The notes beneath the pieces are model-generated. The model was not told the DNA's origin. It made no database searches and saw only the letters and a program-made list of their open reading frames with translations. The position numbers and the translations under genes are program-made. Shown piece after piece: positions 42,012 through 51,423 of a stretch of 64,000 nt of DNA. Each line of letters begins with the position of its first letter. Positions within the stretch are counted from its first letter, which is position 1. This stretch comes from an uncultured Gammaproteobacteria bacterium (GTDB lineage: Bacteria > Patescibacteriota > Patescibacteriia > Magasanikbacterales > GWA2-37-8): NCBI GenBank assembly GCA_964496095.1, contig CAZBWU010000003.1, positions 1,901 through 65,900 on the forward strand, written 5' to 3'.

Positions 42012-42040
42012 TCTCACTTCATTACAATTATAGTAAATTT

Positions 42041-43351
42041 ATGGCAATTTCAAATGCATTAAATTCGGCCATTGCCAAGCGGTTATCCAAACACCGCCTG
42101 TTTTATGTTTGCCGAGATGTGGAACGGGCTTTTGTGTCAGGCTTATCTTTAGGCAATTACTATATAATAACCAACTCAAACACTTATTCTGCCAAGCTAG
42201 CCAAATCTAACAATAACATTATTTTAATAAAAAATAAACAACCCCTTGATACAGCTGAACTTTTACAACACCTTGAAGTAAAAAAAATAATTCAAGCCAA
42301 AGATTTTGTAGTCGTTTTTAAAAATAACGCCATCGTCAAAAATATCTGTCAAAAAAATAAGTGGCAATTACTTAATCCTGACTTCAAATTGGCAGACGAA
42401 ATCGAAAGTAAAATTTCTCAAATAACATGGCTCGGAAAATTAGCGAAATATTTACCTCCACACAAAGTTGACCTTTGCCAAAATATAAACTGGGGTGGAG
42501 AAAAATTTATTTTACAGTTTAATCATTCTCATACTGGCGCTGGTACTTTTTTAATAAATTCCAAAAAACAATTAGCTGAATTAAAAAATAAATTTCCAAA
42601 TCGCGAGATTCGGACTATAAAATTTATCGAGGGGCCAGTTTTCACTAACAACAATGTGATTTGGAACGATAAAACATTAATAGGTAATATTAACTATCAA
42701 ATCACCGGCCTATCCCCTTTTACAGATAATAAATTTACGACCATTGGCAATGATTGGTCTCTACCACCTAAGATTTTAAACAACAACCAGATAAAGCAGT
42801 ACGAAAAAATTGCTCATGATATTGGCACAAAAATGGCTAAAAATGGTTGGAAAGGATTGTTTGGAATTGATATGATAATGGATGAAAAAAGCGGACAATT
42901 ATACCTATTAGAGATAAACGCTCGTCAGCCTGCTTCGACTACTTTTGAATCACAACTACAAACACTTGTCATTCTGAGTGAAGTCGCTCTTGAGGCTGAC
43001 GAGAAATCTATTCCAAAAAAACAAGACAGAGATCCCTCACCCCGTAAAGGGTTCGGGATGACAAAATTGACCACAACTTTTGAAGCACACTTGGCTAGCT
43101 TTTTAAACATACCTAATAAAAACTACCAGCTCACTGCCATAAACAATGGCGCGCAAATCATCCAACGTGTCACAAAAAATATTTCTAATCCTAAATTTAT
43201 TCTAAAAAATAAATCGATTTTAAATGTAATAAATTATAAAAATAAAACCATCGGCTCAGACCTAGTCCGTATTCAATGCCAAGAAGGTCTGATGGCCAAG
43301 CATAATGTTTTAAATAAGCTAGGAAAAAATATCCGAGACTCAATATGTTAA
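42041..43351 (+). CDS. ATP-grasp ligase
   Basis: SHTGAGT loop, KFIEG, GLFGIDMI...YLLEINAR. Confidence 0.8.
   Translation: MAISNALNSAIAKRLSKHRLFYVCRDVERAFVSGLSLGNYYIITNSNTYSAKLAKSNNNIILIKNKQPLDTAELLQHLEVKKIIQAKDFVVVFKNNAIVKNICQKNKWQLLNPDFKLADEIESKISQITWLGKLAKYLPPHKVDLCQNINWGGEKFILQFNHSHTGAGTFLINSKKQLAELKNKFPNREIRTIKFIEGPVFTNNNVIWNDKTLIGNINYQITGLSPFTDNKFTTIGNDWSLPPKILNNNQIKQYEKIAHDIGTKMAKNGWKGLFGIDMIMDEKSGQLYLLEINARQPASTTFESQLQTLVILSEVALEADEKSIPKKQDRDPSPRKGFGMTKLTTTFEAHLASFLNIPNKNYQLTAINNGAQIIQRVTKNISNPKFILKNKSILNVINYKNKTIGSDLVRIQCQEGLMAKHNVLNKLGKNIRDSIC
42967..43063. repeat. cruciform element copy 8, in-frame inside the ATP-grasp gene
   Basis: TGTCATTCTGAG...TTCGGGATGACA; encodes VILSEVALEADEKSIPKKQDRDPSPRKGFGMT. 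Confidence 0.88.
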
Positions 43352-44118
43352 ACCAAACAAAAATCTCACCTGAGGCTGAAAAGGTAATTGAAGATTATCT
43401 TAACCTCCCCTTTCCAAACATAGACGGAGTTAGATGTCCTTATTTTAATAATGCCAGACTTGGCCAAAGAGGACAGCTTAAAGTTTTGGTGGGCAAAGGC
43501 ACACCTCAAGAAATTGTAGAAGAAGCAAAAATAATTGCTATCCAATACAAACAAGAAATTTCAAAAGCCGGCATTACACCCGAACATATTCGTAAGTTTT
43601 TAATTGACCACAACCTTGGTGTTGATTGTTCCGGTTTTATTAGTAATGTTTTGATTGCTCACTTGGCTACTAGAGGTAGTCATCTCACCAAAAAAATGTT
43701 TATCACCCCAAAAGCAAATGTTTTGCGCTGGCTTATTAGTCATTTGCGACCTGTAGAGCAAATAAATGTAAAAGTTTATGCGGATAATAGAAACACAGAA
43801 AAAATTGACGACCTTTCCAAAATTGAAGCTGGTGATTTGGTGGTAATGCTTAGCACTGGTCCGAAAAAAAATCATGATCATATACTACTTATCACCGAAA
43901 CCCAAGATAATGTTTTACATTATGCCCATGCTCGTGCCTGGTCATCCGAGGGTAGATACGGCCATGGCGTTTCGACTGGTACTATTACCCTCAACAATCC
44001 AAATAAAGGACTACTAGATCAAACTTGGGAAGAAAAAGATAAATTAAATCAAAATAACGAAACATATTGGGAAGCAAGAGATGCAACTGTTTTGGAAATT
44101 AGACGCTTAAAATTTTAA
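43345..44118 (+). CDS. NlpC/P60-like cysteine amidase/peptidase
   Basis: GVDCSGF (catalytic Cys), GDLV, DHILL (His), YAHA. Confidence 0.7.
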   Translation: MLNQTKISPEAEKVIEDYLNLPFPNIDGVRCPYFNNARLGQRGQLKVLVGKGTPQEIVEEAKIIAIQYKQEISKAGITPEHIRKFLIDHNLGVDCSGFISNVLIAHLATRGSHLTKKMFITPKANVLRWLISHLRPVEQINVKVYADNRNTEKIDDLSKIEAGDLVVMLSTGPKKNHDHILLITETQDNVLHYAHARAWSSEGRYGHGVSTGTITLNNPNKGLLDQTWEEKDKLNQNNETYWEARDATVLEIRRLKF

Positions 44119-44126
44119 ATACTACT

Positions 44127-45242
44127 ATGAACATGGGTCTAATCCAGCACGCCCTCACCTATATAATATTTTCCGCCATTGGCGCGTTTATTTGGGCGCC
44201 CTTGCTCACAAAATTTTTATACAAATACAAGATAACTCGTCGAGATGAATTTGATTTCAGTCTCAAAGGCGAAAGAAGCCAAAAGGTGGGCACGCCGATT
44301 ATGGGCGGACTCTTGGTAATAGTCACCGTCGTAATTATTACCATGATTTTTAACTGGAACCGAGAAAATACTTATGTGCCAATTGGTGTAATGACAATTG
44401 CAGCTTTACTTGGCGGAGCTGATGACCTACTAAATATTTTTGGCAAAAAAAGACGCGACCGAAAAATTTCACACATCATTACTCTAATCAAAGTTCATAA
44501 AAATATCTTCATGAAGCTTTGGTATATTTTTATTCTTCCTTGGGAAGTATTTCGTCGAGCGACAGCAATTCTAGGTTCTCATCCTGGCAGAGGTATACAG
44601 GTGCATGAAAAATTATTATTTCAATTTATCGCCGGCGCTATCACTGCTTGGTGGATCTATTTCAAACTCGGCATTCAATGGCACGCCTTATGGATACCGT
44701 TTGATGGTAATCCAAATATCGGCTGGTGGATAATTCCAATTGTTATCTTTTTTGTTATGTTTACGGCCAATGCAGTCAACTTTGCCGATGGACTCGATGG
44801 ACTGGTGGGCGGATCTCTTATCCTTACTTTTTTGGGACTGATGATTATTAGCTGGACCGAAGGCAGAGTTTCATTTATGTATCTCAACGCTACTGTTGTC
44901 GGCGCATTAGTTGCCTATACGTATTTTAATATCAAACCCGCGCGCTTCCAGATGGGAGATGTGGGGTCGCTTGGGTTGGGAGCGCTACTAGCAATTAATG
45001 CCATTGCTATTAACCGCACCATGCTTATCCCCTTCCTTGGTTTTATTTTTTATGTAGAAATTATTTCAGTAATTATTCAAGTATTTTTCCGTCGATTACT
45101 GGGACGAAGATTTTTCAAAATGGCTCCTATCCACCACCACTTTGAATTCCGTGGTTGGAGTGAAGAAAAAATTGTGATGCGCTTTTGGCTTATTCATGGA
45201 TTTTTTGTAATCTTGGCAATTTGGATGAGTCTTTACAAGTAA
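44127..45242 (+). CDS. mraY: MraY-family phospho-MurNAc-peptide transferase
   Basis: KVGTPIMGG, GADD, NAVNFADGLDGL, FQMGDVGS, MAPIHHHFE. Confidence 0.9.
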   Translation: MNMGLIQHALTYIIFSAIGAFIWAPLLTKFLYKYKITRRDEFDFSLKGERSQKVGTPIMGGLLVIVTVVIITMIFNWNRENTYVPIGVMTIAALLGGADDLLNIFGKKRRDRKISHIITLIKVHKNIFMKLWYIFILPWEVFRRATAILGSHPGRGIQVHEKLLFQFIAGAITAWWIYFKLGIQWHALWIPFDGNPNIGWWIIPIVIFFVMFTANAVNFADGLDGLVGGSLILTFLGLMIISWTEGRVSFMYLNATVVGALVAYTYFNIKPARFQMGDVGSLGLGALLAINAIAINRTMLIPFLGFIFYVEIISVIIQVFFRRLLGRRFFKMAPIHHHFEFRGWSEEKIVMRFWLIHGFFVILAIWMSLYK

Positions 45243-45245
45243 AAT

Positions 45246-45980
45246 ATGTACCTATCCTGGAACGAAAAAACAATAACCGATTTTTCTGATGAAAATATAG
45301 AGTCCGCTTATAATGACGGCTATGTTTTTACGCGTGTTGGCAAAGGTGTAATGAAACAAACCAGAAGCCTGAGAATTGATTTAAGTAAATTTGAGTTATC
45401 TTCGGAGAATAAAAGAATTTTAAAAAAAACCGAAGAGTTAGATTTGAGCATATTCCCTATTCCTTATGAGAAATATACTTGGGAGATACATAAGCTAGGC
45501 AAAAATTTTTATGAACATAAATTTGGCAAAGGAACTTTTAGCGCGCAAAAAATAAAAGAGCTAATAACAGACAAAGAAAAAAGTAATTTCAATCAGCTGT
45601 TTGTGTATTCACTTCCAACTGTCATTCTGAACGAAGTGAAGAATCCCTTAAGCCAAGACAAAAGGGATCCTTCGGTCGCAGAGCTCCCTCAGGATGACAA
45701 ACGACTCGAAACGGGCTACTGCATAGCCTTAGAAACAAAAAATGTCCTACACTACTGCTATCCGTTTTATAACCTAGAAGTAAACTATCCAAATCTTGGC
45801 ATGGGTATGATGCTCAAAGCTATTGTTTGGGCAAAAAAAAATAATAAAAAGTATATTTATCTGGGTAGTTTTTCACGACCAACCGATACTTACAAATTAC
45901 AGTTCTCCGGATTAGAATGGTTTGATGGAAAAAATTGGCAGACAAGCACAGATGAATTAAAAAATGTCTTACATAATTAA
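45246..45980 (+). CDS. aminoacyl-tRNA-protein transferase-like (Ate1/Bpt GNAT fold)
   Basis: TRSLRIDLSKF N-terminus; Y.FY....LGMGMMLKAIVWAK...YIYLG...YK C-terminus. Confidence 0.65.
   Translation: MYLSWNEKTITDFSDENIESAYNDGYVFTRVGKGVMKQTRSLRIDLSKFELSSENKRILKKTEELDLSIFPIPYEKYTWEIHKLGKNFYEHKFGKGTFSAQKIKELITDKEKSNFNQLFVYSLPTVILNEVKNPLSQDKRDPSVAELPQDDKRLETGYCIALETKNVLHYCYPFYNLEVNYPNLGMGMMLKAIVWAKKNNKKYIYLGSFSRPTDTYKLQFSGLEWFDGKNWQTSTDELKNVLHN
45620..45699. repeat. cruciform element copy 9, in-frame inside the Ate-like gene
   Basis: TGTCATTCTGAA...CTCAGGATGACA; encodes VILNEVKNPLSQDKRDPSVAELPQDD. Confidence 0.9.
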
Positions 45981-45981
45981 T

Positions 45982-46518
45982 ATGCCTAAAGAATATATAG
46001 ATATACAACTTTCAAAAATAGATGTGGCCAGACGGCAGCTAGACCACGCTCTTAAATTATTCTTCTTTAATGGCGATAGTGTAATTGTCCATGTTTTAGC
46101 AGGTAATGCACAAGAGATTTTATATTCTTTAGGAAAAAAATCAGGAATCAAATCTTTTATACTAGACGACATGTTTACAATGGTAAGACCTGAAAAAAAG
46201 AAAGATTTCTTATACACTATCAATGAACCTAAAAATTTTTTTAAACATGCGGCCACTGATAGTACCAAAACATTACCATTCAGTGATGGCAGAAATCATT
46301 ACTTGCTCTGGGACGCTTGTTTACTTTATAATAAATTAACTAATGAGCTAACGGACATAATGCAAGTATTTTTAAACTGGTTTTACGCAATATATCCCGA
46401 TATACTAACGGAAAAATCCGATATAGAGAAATACAGAAATTTTTTTTCCAACCCAAAAAATAGACCTACATTTTATCAAGAAGTAATGGATGTGCTCAGC
46501 CAAAAATATAAACTATGA
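45982..46518 (+). CDS. hypothetical helical protein (possible HEPN-like fold)
   Basis: ARRQL..A..LFF...HVLAGNA.EIL...KNFFKHA. Confidence 0.55.
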   Translation: MPKEYIDIQLSKIDVARRQLDHALKLFFFNGDSVIVHVLAGNAQEILYSLGKKSGIKSFILDDMFTMVRPEKKKDFLYTINEPKNFFKHAATDSTKTLPFSDGRNHYLLWDACLLYNKLTNELTDIMQVFLNWFYAIYPDILTEKSDIEKYRNFFSNPKNRPTFYQEVMDVLSQKYKL

Positions 46519-48005
46519 AAATCCATTTTATCGGTATCTGTGGGGTTGCCATGAGCGCACTTGCTACTGCCTTTCACAATGATGGCTGGCAAGTAACTGG
46601 CAGCGATGTGGGATTTTTCCCGCCGATTTCTGATTTCTTAAAAGATAATAGCATCCAATTTTATCCAGGCTGGCATCCAGAGAAAATGATAGAAAACGGC
46701 ACACCTGATTTGATAGTAGTTGGCAATGTGGCCGGTTCAACTAACCCTGAATTTTTATTTGTCCAAAAAAATAATCTAAATTATAAATCTTACCCTGAGG
46801 TAATTGCGGAATATATTGTTGAAAAAAATTCTCTAGTTTGCGCTGGTACCTATGGCAAAACTTCTAGCGCCACATTACTTACTTTAATATTAAAAAACGC
46901 AAAACTTGATCCAAGCTATATGTTTGGCGGACTGAGTCTCAATCTGCCGTATAGCGCTAAACTAAAAAATAGTAATACTTGGAGCGTACTGGAAGGCGAC
47001 GAATATAAAACTGCGCGCTGGGATAATCGTCCAAAATTTGCGCTTTACTCCCCCACTCATTTATTACTTACTTCTGTTTCATGGGATCATGCTGATGTTT
47101 ACCCAACCGAAGAATCCTACCTACAGGCTTTCCGCGAACTAGTTGGCAAAATTCCAAAAGATGGCTTAATTGTTGCTTGTACCGATGGCGCTAATATCGA
47201 AACTATTTTGTCTAATAACAAAAACAAGGCAAAGATAATTAAATACGGCAAAACTCCAGATAATGATTATTACTACCACGACCTAAATCAGACAAAAGCT
47301 GGATTAGAATATAAAATAAAAAATAAAGATATTGAATATAATATTACGGCACCGGTTTTGGGAGAGCATATGTCCGAAAATATCTGCGGGGCATTTGCGA
47401 TGGCCAAAGAAATTGGAATAGAGGCAAGTATTATCATAGACACAATCAAACAATTTAGAGGTGTCAAACGTAGATTAGAAAAAAAATACGAAGGCGAAAT
47501 TACTGTCTATGACGACCTAGCCCACTCTCCCGCCAAAGCAAGTGCCAGTCTCAAAACCTTACGCAAAATTTATCCCCACAATAAAATCATCGCTATCTTT
47601 GAACCAAACACAGGCAATCGCAAACTCCAAGCTATGCCAGGATATAACAATGCTTTCAAAGATGCAGATGAAGTAATTATTCCAACTCTTACAAAATTGA
47701 AAATAGACCCAACTGACCTAGAACCACCATTTGATGGCGAATTTTTGAAAAATGTAATTGCCAAAACTCACCCGCATGCAATTTTTATTGAGAATGATAA
47801 AGCACTAATTGACTATGTAAAAAATAACAGCCGCGTTTCAGCTGACGGGGCGGGCCGGGTTTTAAAGGACGTTACCCGGCATGATTCCGTTGAATCACAT
47901 ATTCCGTTAGAATCAAAAAAGGAAGACGTTGTCGTCTTCCTTGGTTCGCATGGATTTCGAGGGATGATAGATTCTATTTCCCTTCATCAACCACCTCAGC
48001 CTTAA
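46515..48005 (+). CDS. MurC/Mpl-family Mur ligase
   Basis: IHFIGICGVAMSALA, AGTYGKTS, EGDEY, DHAD, GVKRRLE, DDLAHSP, IFEP. GICG and FEP resemble Mpl more than MurC. Confidence 0.88.
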   Translation: MKIHFIGICGVAMSALATAFHNDGWQVTGSDVGFFPPISDFLKDNSIQFYPGWHPEKMIENGTPDLIVVGNVAGSTNPEFLFVQKNNLNYKSYPEVIAEYIVEKNSLVCAGTYGKTSSATLLTLILKNAKLDPSYMFGGLSLNLPYSAKLKNSNTWSVLEGDEYKTARWDNRPKFALYSPTHLLLTSVSWDHADVYPTEESYLQAFRELVGKIPKDGLIVACTDGANIETILSNNKNKAKIIKYGKTPDNDYYYHDLNQTKAGLEYKIKNKDIEYNITAPVLGEHMSENICGAFAMAKEIGIEASIIIDTIKQFRGVKRRLEKKYEGEITVYDDLAHSPAKASASLKTLRKIYPHNKIIAIFEPNTGNRKLQAMPGYNNAFKDADEVIIPTLTKLKIDPTDLEPPFDGEFLKNVIAKTHPHAIFIENDKALIDYVKNNSRVSADGAGRVLKDVTRHDSVESHIPLESKKEDVVVFLGSHGFRGMIDSISLHQPPQP

Positions 48006-48138
48006 CTACATCATCTTTCATTTCATTTACTAACAAAGTAATACCACAGACATCACATTCAATCACATTTCCTACAGCCAAGTTGATATAACTAGAAAGA
48101 TTAACTTCATTTTGACATTCCGGACAAGTTAGTTTCAT
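47974..48138 (-). CDS. LysW-like zinc-ribbon small protein (start revised to ATG 48138)
   Basis: MKLTCPEC...VGNVIECDVCGITLLV...EVVDEGK, 54 aa. Confidence 0.7.
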   Translation of the reverse strand: MKLTCPECQNEVNLSSYINLAVGNVIECDVCGITLLVNEMKDDVVKAEVVDEGK

Positions 48139-48302
48139 AGTGTTATACAAAATATTACGCAAATTAAGTTTAGAAAGGGGCAGGGGGGCCGAAATTAATA
48201 GACCCCTCCACTCCGACCTAGGTCGGAATATTCCCTTTTTAGGGAGAATACAAAACAAACCTAGACTAATTTTACTCTAAATCCCTTAAAAGTCAAGCTA
48301 GT

Positions 48303-49172
48303 ATGATTACTCCCCAAACAAAAACTCAAAAATTGGCTTCTGCGATCGGTCTAAACACCGATCTATATCTAAAACGCGAAGACCTACATCCTTACGGCTC
48401 ACACAAAGGCAGGTCTATTCCCGTAATGATTGAAATTTATATAAAGGAAGGTTGGAAAGATTTTTGTATTTCTTCATCTGGTAATGCAGCACTGGCAGCC
48501 ATCTATACAATCAAAGATTTAAATCAAAAATCAGGCAACCAAAATACTCTGCATGTTTTTGTTGGCAATCATATCAAACCAGAAAAATTAGAAAGATTAG
48601 AACAGACTAAAGATGATGACAAAAATATAACTATTGAAAAAGTAAGCAATCCGAAACAATCAGCATTTATACTGAATAAAGAAAATAAAGCTAAAAATCT
48701 TCGCCAATCTACAGATGATAATGCTTTGATTGGATACCAAACACTGGCTGACGAATTATCAGAAATAAAAAATCTCACTGCCGTATTTATTCCTACTTCT
48801 AGTGGCACAACCGCTCAAGGTTTATACGAAGGTTTTAGAAAAAACAATCTCAATCCTCAAATTCATATCGTTCAAACACCAAAATGCCACCCTCTCGTTG
48901 ACAATTCTCCAACTGGCGAATCAATCGCAAACGCTATTGTAGACACTGTTGGTTATCGTAAAGAAGCTATCCAAAAAATATTCCGAGAAACGGATGGAAA
49001 AGGTTGGATAGCAAAAGACAAAGATATTGTCGAAGCTCAAAAACTAATTAAAGAAAAAGAAGGATTAGATATTTCTCCTAACAGCGCCCTATCTTTGGCC
49101 GGATTGAACCTGGCTATAAATAATGACTGGAAATTTGAAGGCGTCGTTGTTTGTTTGATTACGGGATTATAA
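48303..49172 (+). CDS. fold-type II PLP enzyme (threonine synthase/dehydratase-like)
   Basis: LKREDLHPYGSHKGR, SSSGNA, PTSSGTT, VVCLITG. Confidence 0.85.
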   Translation: MITPQTKTQKLASAIGLNTDLYLKREDLHPYGSHKGRSIPVMIEIYIKEGWKDFCISSSGNAALAAIYTIKDLNQKSGNQNTLHVFVGNHIKPEKLERLEQTKDDDKNITIEKVSNPKQSAFILNKENKAKNLRQSTDDNALIGYQTLADELSEIKNLTAVFIPTSSGTTAQGLYEGFRKNNLNPQIHIVQTPKCHPLVDNSPTGESIANAIVDTVGYRKEAIQKIFRETDGKGWIAKDKDIVEAQKLIKEKEGLDISPNSALSLAGLNLAINNDWKFEGVVVCLITGL

Positions 49173-49174
49173 TT

Positions 49175-51226
49175 TTATTGTCCATTCATCAAAACAATTT
49201 CATCTCTTCCATCAAAATCCACATCAACCGCGCCAACCTTAAGAGCGCCAGTAGTAAAGCTACCCGACAGCTTAAATTGAGATAATAATTTACCCGCAAA
49301 ATTATATACTTTTACTTGCTTGCTCGTGCCGTAATCTAGCGCTACGATAATTTCTTTATTTTTGTCTCCGCTCACATCCCCAACCGCTACACCTAACTCC
49401 CCTCTTAATATTCTAGTATCTACAAAAAATCTTTTACTAATTTTTGATAAAGTACTATCAAAAATAACTACTTCCGGACGAGAATTTCCCCCTGTTCCCA
49501 AAATAATTTGGCCATTTTTGGCTATACCCGGTGAATTACTGTCTGCCACCGCTATATTTAATCCTAATTTAAACTTCTTACCCAGTGGAAATATTTTTTC
49601 TTTTATAACTCCACCATGATAATTATAAATAACAGCCTCACCGCCTTTATTCTCTGAAACCACAATCGAATCTGCAGGCTCTCCACCTAGTCTACCGATA
49701 GCAATATTAAGTTCTCCTTTGTAACTGCCGTCAAACGGAAAACCATCAAACCAAATTTCTCCGGCCGAATTAAAAATCTGTAATTTTTGCCCTGTAGCAA
49801 TAATTTTTTCTTCTAATCCATCGCCGTCCAAATCACCATAATATATTTTGGCTCCACCCAAGATACCTTCTTCATAGATAAACAAACCATTACGAGAACG
49901 CGTGCCGTTGGTATTAAAAAAACGCACAAAATTACCGTTTTTAAACACAACGTTCTTCAGGCTTTGCACTGGTCTTAACATTACCAAACCATCTTTAGAT
50001 TGGAGGTTTACCTGACTGACAATGGCGCCATCATTAACCGCTTTATCTTGCGTGCCTTTTATTTTTTCATAGTCCCCACCAAGATCAACATCTTGAGGTT
50101 GGCCTGTAGCATTGACTAAAGCAATCCCATTTTGATATTCACGACGCCAGACATCTTCTTCAAACTGAGGTTTGTTGTTGAGTGATATTGCCGAGCCTAA
50201 TGGATTACCAAGGTCAACACTATACTCATCATACCACCAAGTTTGACCATGATTTTGATCGCCAAAATCAAACGAATAATAACCGTCTAAAAGCAGAGTG
50301 CTAGCCAAACCAAAACGGACTTTTTTATAATTATTATTTTTGCCATTATTGCCAGTATTAACATTGATAATGGTAAATCGAGGCTGAATTTGACCCGTTT
50401 GATTAGAAGCATAAATTTTCATGGCTTGTTGCCAACCAAAAAATGATGGAAAGCTCTCAAGCATAATGCCATTTAAATCGTTCCTATAAGCATCACTGGT
50501 CGCATTACCCACCAAAATATATTTATTATTTGTTAACCGTCTAGTTTCTTGATAAATTTTGCGCATTCCTTGTTGCCAATGATAATCTATCTCCGTATCA
50601 AGCAAACCGTCTTTGTTCAAATCTACTGTATCTCCTGTCAGCCATTTTACTTCCTTCCAAGCATTGTCAAAAAAAACCCCATCCCACAATCCGGTAGACA
50701 AAACTTCTTGAGCTACAAAATTGGCAAAGTATTGATTATATTTTAGACCATTAACTACAGGCGCGTTATCGGCCAAATCTAACATCCAGGTACCTGGCCA
50801 AAAAGTAAGCTTATTATTATTAATATCGGTCAAATACGAATTCTCGCTAATACCACTAACAAACTTACGTCTCATAATACTAGTGCCGGAACTGGCATCC
50901 TTGCTAATTTCTTGTGGAGCAACATAAACCAATAAAATTATATTTGGATTAAGTTGTTTTATTCTTTTAATAGCCTCGGGACTAGTAATCTGCGTTTCCA
51001 TATCTAACACTAACAAATCCCATTGAGCGAGTTCAACTACTTTAGAAGCTGGTATATCCCAACCTAAAAAATAATTAGCCCGCTTGGGTGAACCTCGCAA
51101 AGCCAAGGATAAATTCGGAAATAACAAACCTATATAACCAAAAAATACTAAAACTAAAGCAACGGCTACCAAATAAGGCCGTTTTATTTTTGTTCTTTGC
51201 ACTTGCCTCCTCCTATGTACAGGCAT
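49175..51226 (-). CDS. secreted putative glycoside hydrolase (TIM-barrel) with C-terminal FG-GAP-like repeats (start revised)
   Basis: TM anchor, WDGVFFDN, NGIMLESF, WWYDEY, VWRREYQNG; GDLDGDG, GDVSGD and DVDFDG repeats. Confidence 0.75.
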   Translation of the reverse strand: MPVHRRRQVQRTKIKRPYLVAVALVLVFFGYIGLLFPNLSLALRGSPKRANYFLGWDIPASKVVELAQWDLLVLDMETQITSPEAIKRIKQLNPNIILLVYVAPQEISKDASSGTSIMRRKFVSGISENSYLTDINNNKLTFWPGTWMLDLADNAPVVNGLKYNQYFANFVAQEVLSTGLWDGVFFDNAWKEVKWLTGDTVDLNKDGLLDTEIDYHWQQGMRKIYQETRRLTNNKYILVGNATSDAYRNDLNGIMLESFPSFFGWQQAMKIYASNQTGQIQPRFTIINVNTGNNGKNNNYKKVRFGLASTLLLDGYYSFDFGDQNHGQTWWYDEYSVDLGNPLGSAISLNNKPQFEEDVWRREYQNGIALVNATGQPQDVDLGGDYEKIKGTQDKAVNDGAIVSQVNLQSKDGLVMLRPVQSLKNVVFKNGNFVRFFNTNGTRSRNGLFIYEEGILGGAKIYYGDLDGDGLEEKIIATGQKLQIFNSAGEIWFDGFPFDGSYKGELNIAIGRLGGEPADSIVVSENKGGEAVIYNYHGGVIKEKIFPLGKKFKLGLNIAVADSNSPGIAKNGQIILGTGGNSRPEVVIFDSTLSKISKRFFVDTRILRGELGVAVGDVSGDKNKEIIVALDYGTSKQVKVYNFAGKLLSQFKLSGSFTTGALKVGAVDVDFDGRDEIVLMNGQ

Positions 51227-51286
51227 ACTTAAATTTGACTTTATTTTATCATAAAATAGTGCTATAATCAAGGAAAATTACCGTAC

Positions 51287-51411
51287 TGTCATTCTGAGTG
51301 TAGCGCCCGCCCGTACCGAACGAGTACGTTCGGGCGGGAAGAATCCCTGTCCAAATTTAATAATGACAAACGAACAGAGATCCCTCGGGGCGAACCCCGC
51401 TCGGGATGACA
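51287..51411. repeat. cruciform element copy 10, with nested palindrome
   Basis: TGTCATTCTGAG...GAAGAATCCCTGT...ACAGAGATCCCTC...CTCGGGATGACA. Confidence 0.88.
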
Positions 51412-51423
51412 GTTAAAAATCCT

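Noticed and set aside
48175-48250. Hairpin cluster (TCCGACCTAGGTCGGA etc.) as an ncRNA gene
   Set aside because: Short palindromes in a divergent intergenic gap with no recognisable family. Not enough support.
51406-51423. ORF-track start of the O-antigen ligase-like gene
   Set aside because: That ATG belongs to the element's terminal ATGACA. ATG 51424 is preferred.
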